Origin: Fibrobacter succinogenes subsp. succinogenes S85
GTDB lineage: Bacteria; Fibrobacterota; Fibrobacteria; Fibrobacterales; Fibrobacteraceae
NCBI RefSeq assembly: GCF_000146505.1
Contig: NC_017448.1
Location: 3,210,001-3,242,000 of the forward strand
Reading direction: 5' to 3'
DNA length: 32,000 nucleotides
Part shown: piece by piece, positions 1 to 6,802 of the stretch
How positions within the stretch are numbered: the first letter of the stretch is position 1
How the letters are laid out: the number at the start of each line of letters is the position of its first letter
Translations under genes and position numbers: made by a program
The notes under the pieces: generated by a model
The model's input: the letters and a program-made list of their open reading frames with translations, nothing else
The model's database searches: none
Told to the model about the DNA's origin: nothing

Positions 1-604
1 CTCCAAACGTCGTGACCTGAACGGTCTTGAAATTCTTGTCGCCAGCTTTGCTGGACTGGAAAAACTTGTTCAAAGAACTTGCGAGAGCTTCGCCTTTTTC
101 CTTTGAACGGCAAACTATAGTAAGCTCGTTTTTTTGTTCCACAAGTGTAAACGCAATCGACTGGGCGGCGCCACCGTTTCCGAGGAGTGCAATCTTCTTG
201 TTAGACGGACTTACGCCATTCTCTTCGAGATTTCGCACGCAACCATAAGGATCCGTCGTCGTTCCGCAGAGAGTCCCGCCGACAATGCCGTCCTTCCAGT
301 ACAGCGTGTTCACGCTGCCGGTGAACTTCGAAATTTCCGAAAGTTCATCTACTAGGCGGGCAGTTCCGTCTGCATTGAAGAATTCCGTCTTGTAGGGGAT
401 GGTGACGTTTGCACCATGGAACTTCATCGCCTTGAAGCCTTGAATCGCTTGGGCGAAATTTTCTGGTTCGGGTGCGTAGGGGAGATATGCCGCATTGATG
501 CCAAGGGCGTCAAAAAGGGCGTTGTGCATAGCGGGCGATTTGCTGTGAGCAACCGGATGCCCGAAAATGCAAAGAGTTTCCGTCTTTCCGTTTATGGAAG
601 CCAA
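1..604 (-). CDS. aroE: Shikimate 5-dehydrogenase, N-terminal ~200 aa; 3' end runs off the window
   Basis: Absent from the ORF track because it is open to the window edge. My reverse-strand translation is stop-free from 604 to 1. It reads ...TLCIFGHPVAHSKSPAMHNALFDALGINAAYLPY...FKAMKFHGANVTIPYK...GSVNTLYW...GTTTDPYG...KIALLGNGGAAQSIAF. These are the canonical AroE motifs (HSxSPxxHN, GxNVTxPxK, NT, TD-xG, GxGGA). Start placed at TTG 604; there is no in-frame ATG upstream of the conserved N-terminus, so the start is uncertain by a few codons. Confidence 0.8.
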   Translation of the reverse strand, partial: MASINGKTETLCIFGHPVAHSKSPAMHNALFDALGINAAYLPYAPEPENFAQAIQGFKAMKFHGANVTIPYKTEFFNADGTARLVDELSEISKFTGSVNTLYWKDGIVGGTLCGTTTDPYGCVRNLEENGVSPSNKKIALLGNGGAAQSIAFTLVEQKNELTIVCRSKEKGEALASSLNKFFQSSKAGDKNFKTVQVTTFG

Positions 605-706
605 AGTAACCTCGTATGTCCTTCCCACCTGTGGGGAAAAACTCTAAATAATACACTACAAAGATATATTATTCTAGATAAAAAATTATGCAATAAGAAA
701 TTAACA

Positions 707-745
707 GTGGTTAGTAGGCAGTAGGAAGTAGACGGTAGGAAGAGG
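707..745 (+). repeat. Degenerate tandem heptamer array (GTAGGNA-type, ~5 units)
   Basis: Read directly: GTGGTTA GTAGGCA GTAGGAA GTAGACG GTAGGAA GAGG. Lies in the divergent aroE/der spacer. Confidence 0.85.
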
Positions 746-762
746 CTTTCCCGCCGGAACCT

Positions 763-788
763 GTCATTCCCGCCTCCGAGCGGGAATC
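763..788. repeat. GTCAT-TCCCGC...GCGGGA-ATC hairpin repeat (family 3)
   Basis: GTCATTCCCGC-CTCCGA-GCGGGAATC: 8-bp stem ATTCCCGC/GCGGGAAT with a 6-nt loop. Related copies at 4227, 16961, 17011 and 20672. Confidence 0.9.
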
Positions 789-817
789 TCCTTCTTGTAT
801 AGTAACGATTTTGAAAG

Positions 818-849
818 CTCTCGTCTTTCGTCTGTAGCCGCATAGCGGC
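818..849 (-). repeat. ACGARAG word repeat plus mini-hairpin (family 4)
   Basis: The reverse complement of 818-838 is GCTACAGACGAAAGACGAGAG, 19/21 identical to 20622-20642. It is followed by the 5-bp/3-nt-loop hairpin GCCGC-ATA-GCGGC (837-849). Confidence 0.85.
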
Positions 850-898
850 GTTCTCTCCTCTAAACGCCCCCTAGACACAATTTCTATATTTGTGCTCG

Positions 899-2326
899 AT
901 GAAATTACCTATCGTTTGCATAATTGGACGTCCGAACGTCGGAAAGTCCTCCCTCTTCAACCGCATTCTTGGCCGCCGTGCCGCCGTGGTGAGCGACCGC
1001 GATGGTGTTACCCGCGACCGTCATTACCAGAATGCGATTTACAAGGGTCACGAATTTACAGTCGTCGATACGGGTGGATTCTTGCCCGATGATTCTATTG
1101 ACGTCTTGGCGGACAGCGTCCGCGCCCAGATTTTTAACGCCGTGAACGAAGCCGACCTCGTGCTCTTCATGGTCGATATCCGCGTGGGCATCACCAAGCT
1201 TGACCAGCAGTTTGCGCGCCTTATCCGCAAGCTTGACAAGAAGGTCATCCTCGTCGCGAACAAGAGCGAATTGCAGGGCGATCGTCAGGAAAGCTACGAA
1301 TTCCTCAAACTCGGCTTTGGTCAGCCGCGTACTGTTAGTGCCTTGACCGGCTACGCTTGCCTCTCGCTTTTGGACGAAGTGGTCTCCGTGCTCCCGACTC
1401 CGGTGCGTGGCGAACGCCGCGAAGAACGCCCGGTGCGTTTTGCCATTCTTGGCCGCCCGAACGCAGGCAAGAGTACGCTCCTCAACCGCCTGTTGAACGA
1501 AGACCGCGCTGTGGTCTCCGACATCCCGGGTACGACCCGCGACTCCATTGACTGTGACTTTGTCGTTGACGGACAAAAGTTTGTCGTTACCGATACCGCT
1601 GGCCTTCGCAAAAAGGCTCGCGTCGAAGACGAAGTGGAAGTCTTCAGCAACATGCGTACGCTCGAAAGCATCCGTCGTTCTGATTTGTCTGTGCTCGTCG
1701 TCGATTGCACGCGCGGCATGGAAATCCAGGACTACCGCATCATCACGGAAATCCGCAAGGCCGGTAAGGGCCTTGTCGTTGTGCTGAACAAGTGGGATAT
1801 CCTCCCGAACAAGAACGACAAGTCCTTCGATCACATGGTCAAGGAACTCCTCGAACGCGAACCGATGCTTGAATTTGTACCGATTCTCTCGATCAGTGCC
1901 AAGGAAGGCCAGCGCGTGGGCCGCGTGATTCAGGCTATCCAGACCGTCTATGCCAACTGCCGTCGTGTGCTTGGCCGTGACCGCGTTGCCGAAAGCTTTG
2001 CGAACTTCTTGCAAGAAAAGGCTCCTCCGAGCCACAACGGTCGTGTCGTCATGCTTACCCGCGCCTGCCAGATCATGGTGGAACCGCCGGTCATCGACAT
2101 CGAAACCCGCACGCCGGAACTTGTCGACGAATCGTACAAGCGCTACTTGCTCAAAAAGTTTTATGACGAATTCCAGTTGCAGGGCGCTCCGCTCCGCCTG
2201 AATTTCGATAGAAAGTTAACCCTCAGAAAGGATGAAGAACTTGAACAGTTTACTGAGTCTTCCAATAGCGTACTTGCTGGGGTCGATCCCCAGCGCCATA
2301 TGGATCGCAAAACTCGCGAAAGGTAA
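899..2326 (+). CDS. der: Ribosome-associated GTPase Der/EngA (two tandem G domains plus KH-like C-terminus)
   Basis: G1/G3/G4 motifs occur twice: GRPNVGKSS..DTGG..NKSE and GRPNAGKST..DTAG..NKWD. Conserved der-plsY-gpsA neighbourhood. The ORF track starts at TTG 890; I prefer ATG 899 (MKLPIVCIIGRPNVGKS). Confidence 0.95.
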   Translation: MKLPIVCIIGRPNVGKSSLFNRILGRRAAVVSDRDGVTRDRHYQNAIYKGHEFTVVDTGGFLPDDSIDVLADSVRAQIFNAVNEADLVLFMVDIRVGITKLDQQFARLIRKLDKKVILVANKSELQGDRQESYEFLKLGFGQPRTVSALTGYACLSLLDEVVSVLPTPVRGERREERPVRFAILGRPNAGKSTLLNRLLNEDRAVVSDIPGTTRDSIDCDFVVDGQKFVVTDTAGLRKKARVEDEVEVFSNMRTLESIRRSDLSVLVVDCTRGMEIQDYRIITEIRKAGKGLVVVLNKWDILPNKNDKSFDHMVKELLEREPMLEFVPILSISAKEGQRVGRVIQAIQTVYANCRRVLGRDRVAESFANFLQEKAPPSHNGRVVMLTRACQIMVEPPVIDIETRTPELVDESYKRYLLKKFYDEFQLQGAPLRLNFDRKLTLRKDEELEQFTESSNSVLAGVDPQRHMDRKTRER

Positions 2327-2900
2327 GGACTTTGATATTCGTGACTACGGCTCCAAGAATGCGGGCCTCACGAATACATTCCGCGTGCTCGGCTGGAAAC
2401 CTGCTCTCCCGGTCGTGTTCATGGACCTTTTGAAGGGCTTTTTTGGACCGTTTATCGCTCAAAAGATGTGCGAAGCTCAGGTCGCCGCTGGCGGTGCCGA
2501 TTACAGCGCATGGGTGCCGCTCGTCGCAGGCCTCCTCGTGATTCTTGGCCACAGCTTCACTTGCTTTGCCGGTTTCCGCGGTGGTAAGGGCGTGCTTGCG
2601 GCTCTCGGCGTGTTCCTCGCCATTTCCCCGCTCACAGTCCTTTGCGCATTTGCTCTCTGGATTATCCTCACGGTCACCACGAAATACGTCTCTGTCGGCA
2701 GCATTTTCGGGTGCGGACTTCTCGGCGCACTTTCCATCTTTGGCTATGTCTGCCCGGAATACTACTTCGAAAGCATCAACCTTGGCCAGATGATTCTCGC
2801 CGTGATTGTCGCTGTGTTCGTCATCGTGAAGCACAAGTCAAACATCAAGCGCCTCCTCAACGGCACCGAGAACGGCTTTGGCTCTAAGCGCAAAAAGTAA
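2232..2900 (+). CDS. plsY: Glycerol-3-phosphate acyltransferase PlsY
   Basis: AYLLGSIPSA near the N-terminus, GSKNAGLTN (GSGNxGATN-type motif), FRGGKGV, and a multi-pass hydrophobic profile. Overlaps the der 3' end by 95 nt in another frame. Confidence 0.9.
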   Translation: MKNLNSLLSLPIAYLLGSIPSAIWIAKLAKGKDFDIRDYGSKNAGLTNTFRVLGWKPALPVVFMDLLKGFFGPFIAQKMCEAQVAAGGADYSAWVPLVAGLLVILGHSFTCFAGFRGGKGVLAALGVFLAISPLTVLCAFALWIILTVTTKYVSVGSIFGCGLLGALSIFGYVCPEYYFESINLGQMILAVIVAVFVIVKHKSNIKRLLNGTENGFGSKRKK

Positions 2901-2911
2901 GTAGGATGTGG

Positions 2912-3083
2912 GCTATGGGCTCGCTTGCGATGCTCGCTTTGGGGTATGAGGCTCTTTTTATCGCTTTATACTAGGTCTATATTCTGTAAATTATATAGAT
3001 TATAGCGAAAAGGTCGCATTTAAAAGCCCAAAGCGTAGCGTGCTCACACCTCAAAGGGAGCCGTAGGCGACCGTGCTCATAGC
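2912..3083. repeat. Imperfect inverted pair of GCTATGGG/TTTGRGG elements (family 2) around an AT-rich centre
   Basis: Left arm 2912-2951: GCTATGGGCTCGCTTGCGATGCTCGCTTTGGGGTATGAGG. The reverse complement of the right arm (3026-3083) is GCTATGAGCACGGTCGCCTACGGCTCCCTTTGAGGTGTGAGCACGCTACGCTTTGGGC. Positions 3030-3046 (AAAGCGTAGCGTGCTCA) are identical to 27633-27649. Confidence 0.85.
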
Positions 3084-3104
3084 TTTTAATAAGGAAACGA
3101 AATC

Positions 3105-4136
3105 ATGAAAGTTACAGTTTTAGGTACCGGTGGCTGGGGCCTGACCCTCGGTCAAGTTGTTTACGAAAACAAGAACGAACTCACTTTTTGGACCAATTCC
3201 CAAGCAGAAGTAGACCTTCTCTCCACCGAACACCAGTACAAGGACAAGCTCCCTGGCGTTATTTTCCCGGCTGATTTTAAGTACACGACCGATATGCACG
3301 CTGCCCTTGAAGGCTGCGACATGGTCCTTATCGTTGTCCCGTCCCAGTTCATGGCTGGTGTTGCTGCAAATCTTGGCTCTTGGACCCCCGCAAAGGGCAA
3401 GGAACCGATTGTTGTCTGCGCCACGAAGGGCATTCTTGAAGGCACGGACCAGCTCATGAGCGAAGTCATCCTTGAAAAGGTCCCTTGGCTGACCGAAGAC
3501 AAGATGGTTGCCTTTAGTGGTCCGTCTCATGCTGAAGAAGTGAGCCGCCACGTGCTTACCGCCATTGTCGCTGCTTGCGTGAACGAAGACTCTGCAAAGG
3601 TTGTGCAGCAGGCAATGAGCTGCTCTTACCTTCGCGTCTATACCTCAACCGATATCGTTGGTGTGGAACTCTGTGGTTCCGTGAAGAACGTGATTGCTAT
3701 TGCTTCTGGTGTGCTCTATGGCCTTGAAGCGGGTGGCAAGTTCAAGATTGGTGACAATACCCGCGCCGCAATCCTTACGCGTGGCCAGGCTGAAATGTGC
3801 CGCTTGGGCAAGGCTCTCGGTGCTAAGCCCGAAACGTTTGCAGGCCTTGCCGGCATGGGTGACCTCATCGTGACGTGCCTTTCCCAGCACAGCCGTAACC
3901 GCTACGTGGGCGAACACATTGGTAAGGGTGAAACGCTCGACCAGGTGCTTGCTGGCATGAAGATGATTGCTGAAGGAGTGCCGACTTGCCGCAGCACGCG
4001 TGCTCTCGCCAAGAAGCTTGGCGTAGAAATGCCTATTGTCGAAGCTGTCTATCAGATGTTGTTCGAAAACCGCAAGGTCGAAGACGTGGTCAAGGAAATC
4101 TGGGGCCGCGAACTCAAGGCCGAAAACTGGGCTTAG
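3105..4136 (+). CDS. gpsA: NAD(P)H-dependent glycerol-3-phosphate dehydrogenase
   Basis: N-terminal Rossmann motif VLGTGGWG, then GPSHAEEV and KNVIAIASG. Shine-Dalgarno-like AAGGAAA lies upstream. Synteny with plsY. Confidence 0.95.
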   Translation: MKVTVLGTGGWGLTLGQVVYENKNELTFWTNSQAEVDLLSTEHQYKDKLPGVIFPADFKYTTDMHAALEGCDMVLIVVPSQFMAGVAANLGSWTPAKGKEPIVVCATKGILEGTDQLMSEVILEKVPWLTEDKMVAFSGPSHAEEVSRHVLTAIVAACVNEDSAKVVQQAMSCSYLRVYTSTDIVGVELCGSVKNVIAIASGVLYGLEAGGKFKIGDNTRAAILTRGQAEMCRLGKALGAKPETFAGLAGMGDLIVTCLSQHSRNRYVGEHIGKGETLDQVLAGMKMIAEGVPTCRSTRALAKKLGVEMPIVEAVYQMLFENRKVEDVVKEIWGRELKAENWA

Positions 4137-4191
4137 TTTAAATAAACTAACAAATACTCCGCCACGAGCGGAATTCACCTTTACATTGTCA

Positions 4192-4221
4192 CCCCGGCCA
4201 CCGTGCCGGGGTTGTCTTTTT
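4192..4221 (+). terminator. Intrinsic terminator after gpsA
   Basis: CCCCGGC-CACCGT-GCCGGGG (7-bp GC stem) followed by TTGTCTTTTT. Confidence 0.65.
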
Positions 4222-4226
4222 ATCCC

Positions 4227-4256
4227 GTCATCCTGAGGGCGAAAGCCCGAGGGATC
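4227..4256. repeat. Family 3 hairpin repeat variant
   Basis: GTCATCCTGAGGGC-GAAA-GCCCGAGGGATC: a stem with an internal mismatch pair and a GAAA loop. Shares the GTCAT...GGGATC frame of the other copies. Confidence 0.8.
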
Positions 4257-4550
4257 CATAATTTCTCGCCGAAAAAACAGAAAAACCATCAAAATCCTTC
4301 AAAATTTCAATTTGTAAACAAAAATTTACTTTTGAAAATTAAAATCAGATTTTGTTCTTTTGTCCGAAATCTCGAATTTTTAAAATTGCCGTTTTTGCTC
4401 AAATTTCGCTAAATATGTCAAAAAGTTTACAATTTTAGCACGTAATCTTTTTGTAAGAAGTTAGGCGTAAAAACGCAACTTTATTCCAAGTTGAAATATT
4501 TTTTTTGTAAGCAAAACTTAACTTTTGCGAAAAATTAATGTAAACTTTGT

Positions 4551-4571
4551 TTTGTGAAAGTTTTTCACAAA
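4551..4571. promoter_or_regulatory. Perfect 9-3-9 palindrome upstream of the FISUMP gene
   Basis: TTTGTGAAA-GTT-TTTCACAAA, 31 nt upstream of ATG 4602 and just 5' of the AAGGGAG Shine-Dalgarno. Either an operator or a 5'-UTR hairpin. Confidence 0.4.
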
Positions 4572-4601
4572 GATTGGAGAAAATCAACAAGGGAGCATAT
4601 T

Positions 4602-6590
4602 ATGCATTACACAAAGCTCAGTGTTGCGGGTTGTGCCGCACTCATGTTTGGTCTCATCGCTTGTTCCGGCGAAGACGGAAAAGACGGTGTTAACGGCGTC
4701 AATGGCCTTAATGGTGCCGATGGCGCAAGCTGCGAAGTCAAGTCCTTGAAGGACGAATCCGGCTACAAGGTGCTCTGCGGAGGGGATTCTGTTGGCGTCT
4801 TGTTAAATGGTAAGACTGGTGCAACGGGTAAGCAAGGTATTGCTGGTGCTACTGGTGCTAAGGGTGATACCGGTAAGACTGGCGCAAGCTGCGAAGTTAA
4901 AGAAAACAAAGACATTAATGGTTACGATGTGCTTTGCGGTGGCTCGAAAGTGGGTACGTTGAAGAATGGTACCAACGGAACAAATGGTGCCGATGGCGTT
5001 TCATGTTCTTTGTCTACCCCAGCTGACGATGGTAGCGTTACTGTTACCTGTCCAAATTCTTCTCCTGTTACAATTAAGCAGGGTAAGGATGGTACAAACT
5101 GCTCTGGCACAACCGTTACGAAAGATGGTCGAAAAGGTGTCGAGATCGCATGTGGTGGCTCTATCGTCGATACGCTATGGAATGGCTCCAATGGCTCTGA
5201 TGGCACATCGGGCTCTGCAGGTTGCATTAGCGCCGATGACGGAAACGGTATCGTTACTGTGACTTGTGGTGATGCTACACCGATTAAGATTACCAAGGCT
5301 GTGTGCGGTGCAGACGCCTTTGATCCAGATAAGAAGTTCTGCGTGCTTGGCAAGACTTATGACTTGTGCAAAGGCAAGGCTTACGTTGTGAACAGAGAAT
5401 TCTGTAACGATGGCGTTGTTGCTGAATTGTGTTCTGAATTCAAATTCAACAAAACAAAGACAACTGCTCAATTTGTTACTTATCGTGCAACGACCAAGGA
5501 TGAATTCTGCTGGAATGGTATCGTGACTCCGAAGTGCGGAGGCAAGGAATTCGACGAGAATGAGTACTGCGGCAAGGCTTACGATGGCGTAACAGACTCT
5601 ATCTATAAATACTGTGACAAACCCTCCAAACTTGAGGATATTTATGATGTCATCGGTCTGGCCTCGGTTGTTGCTGAACCGGAAGAAGGTGCAGAAGAAG
5701 GTGATGCCGTTGCCCCGAGTTCTTCTAGTCAGAGCTTCTTTGGAAACCTGATTGGAAAGCCGCTTACTCACTATAATGAAGAAAAGTTGGTTGAATTCTT
5801 TACAAAACTTGGTAACATTCAGAGTGGTGTAACCGAGTGTGGTATCGAAACTCCGGAAAAGTGCGGTAGCAAGGTCTATAACGCGAAAAAGCAGTTCTGC
5901 GATATTCGTGATGAACGTCTCTATAAGTTCGTGACCATTGATGGTCGCAGATGGATGGCTGAAAACCTTGCGTTTGAATACAAGCTGCCTCAAATTGACT
6001 CTTCTGAAGGTAGTGATCCGGCGCTTTGGTCTGTTGTTCAAGTTGGTGGTAAGGTCCAATATGAAAAGGATGCCTTCGAAAGCTTCGAAAAGAATGGAAC
6101 CCGTTACTATACTTGGAATGCTGCAATGGGCAATGGTGACGTGAGAAAGATTATGAGTGAAGACGCAATCGCTGCTCTTAAACTTAATCCTAAGGATGAA
6201 GTTGTTGGAGCCTGTCCGGATGGCTGGAGACTGCCGAATAGTGATGAACTCAACGCTCTCAGTCTTAAGGCCAATGCTGCAGAACACGGATTTGAGGATC
6301 TTGACGATGCAGAAGATGTAACGGTAAACTTCAATGTTGAATTCTTGGGATTCTATAATGTCAATACTAAGGATGTTGTTGATGCTAATGAAGCCGCATA
6401 CTTCTGGTCTGAAACTCCGGTTGAAGAAGATGAAAGACAGGCAGTTAACTTGCTCGTTACTGGAAAAGACCAAAGTGTTGTTAATACCTCTAACAAGGTG
6501 TTCGCATTCACCATCCGCTGCATTGAAAATCTTCCGAATGAAGATGAACCTGAAGGCGGCGAAGGCGGTGAAGGTGGCCTAGAACCTTAA
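4602..6590 (+). CDS. Lipoprotein with collagen-like G-X-Y/Cys modules and a C-terminal Fibrobacter major paralogous (FISUMP) domain
   Basis: Lipobox LIAC|SG. G-X-Y runs (GKDGVNGVNGLNGADG, GKTGATGKQGIAGATGAKGDTGKTG). Repeated SCEVK..GY.VLCGG..VG.L.NG modules. C-terminal FVTIDGRRWMAENL...YYTWNAA...CPDGWRLPNSDELNAL...YFWS matches my memory of the FISUMP signature. The ORF track starts at GTG 4554; ATG 4602 has a good Shine-Dalgarno and starts the signal peptide. Confidence 0.85.
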   Translation: MHYTKLSVAGCAALMFGLIACSGEDGKDGVNGVNGLNGADGASCEVKSLKDESGYKVLCGGDSVGVLLNGKTGATGKQGIAGATGAKGDTGKTGASCEVKENKDINGYDVLCGGSKVGTLKNGTNGTNGADGVSCSLSTPADDGSVTVTCPNSSPVTIKQGKDGTNCSGTTVTKDGRKGVEIACGGSIVDTLWNGSNGSDGTSGSAGCISADDGNGIVTVTCGDATPIKITKAVCGADAFDPDKKFCVLGKTYDLCKGKAYVVNREFCNDGVVAELCSEFKFNKTKTTAQFVTYRATTKDEFCWNGIVTPKCGGKEFDENEYCGKAYDGVTDSIYKYCDKPSKLEDIYDVIGLASVVAEPEEGAEEGDAVAPSSSSQSFFGNLIGKPLTHYNEEKLVEFFTKLGNIQSGVTECGIETPEKCGSKVYNAKKQFCDIRDERLYKFVTIDGRRWMAENLAFEYKLPQIDSSEGSDPALWSVVQVGGKVQYEKDAFESFEKNGTRYYTWNAAMGNGDVRKIMSEDAIAALKLNPKDEVVGACPDGWRLPNSDELNALSLKANAAEHGFEDLDDAEDVTVNFNVEFLGFYNVNTKDVVDANEAAYFWSETPVEEDERQAVNLLVTGKDQSVVNTSNKVFAFTIRCIENLPNEDEPEGGEGGEGGLEP

Positions 6591-6623
6591 CATTCACTAA
6601 TAACTCTCACATAATACAGCTCC

Positions 6624-6656
6624 AAGGCACCTGGCTCTCCACCAGGTGCCTTTTTC
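6624..6656 (+). terminator. Intrinsic terminator after the FISUMP gene
   Basis: AAGGCACCTGG-CTCTCCA-CCAGGTGCCTT with a 9-11 bp stem, followed by a T run (TTTTTCC). Confidence 0.75.
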
Positions 6657-6677
6657 CGTGTGTTGTCGTAAATGCTT

Positions 6678-6709
6678 GAAACAAAAGCGGCCCGCTTTCG
6701 CGAGCCGCT
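6678..6709 (-). terminator. Intrinsic terminator downstream of the GH30 gene
   Basis: Minus-strand reading: AGCGGCTCGC-GAAA-GCGGGCCGCT followed by TTTTGTTTC. The stem is 10 bp with one mismatch. Confidence 0.6.
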
Positions 6710-6802
6710 TTCTGCATTATAGTCAATTGCGTTTAGCTAATATAGACTGCCGAACGCGTCTAGCGAATTGCTATCTGCACATTCAGCTGACTAGATTTCT
6801 AC

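Noticed and set aside
592-843. 83-aa ORF (minus strand), and the 69-aa ORF at 4203..4412.
   Set aside because: Both read through intergenic repeat elements (the GTCAT hairpins and word arrays). The first also overlaps the aroE start. Neither has a Shine-Dalgarno or recognisable motifs.
4551-4571. Canonical CRP binding site.
   Set aside because: The TGTGA and TCACA half-sites are separated by 7 nt, not 6. It is kept only as a generic palindrome.
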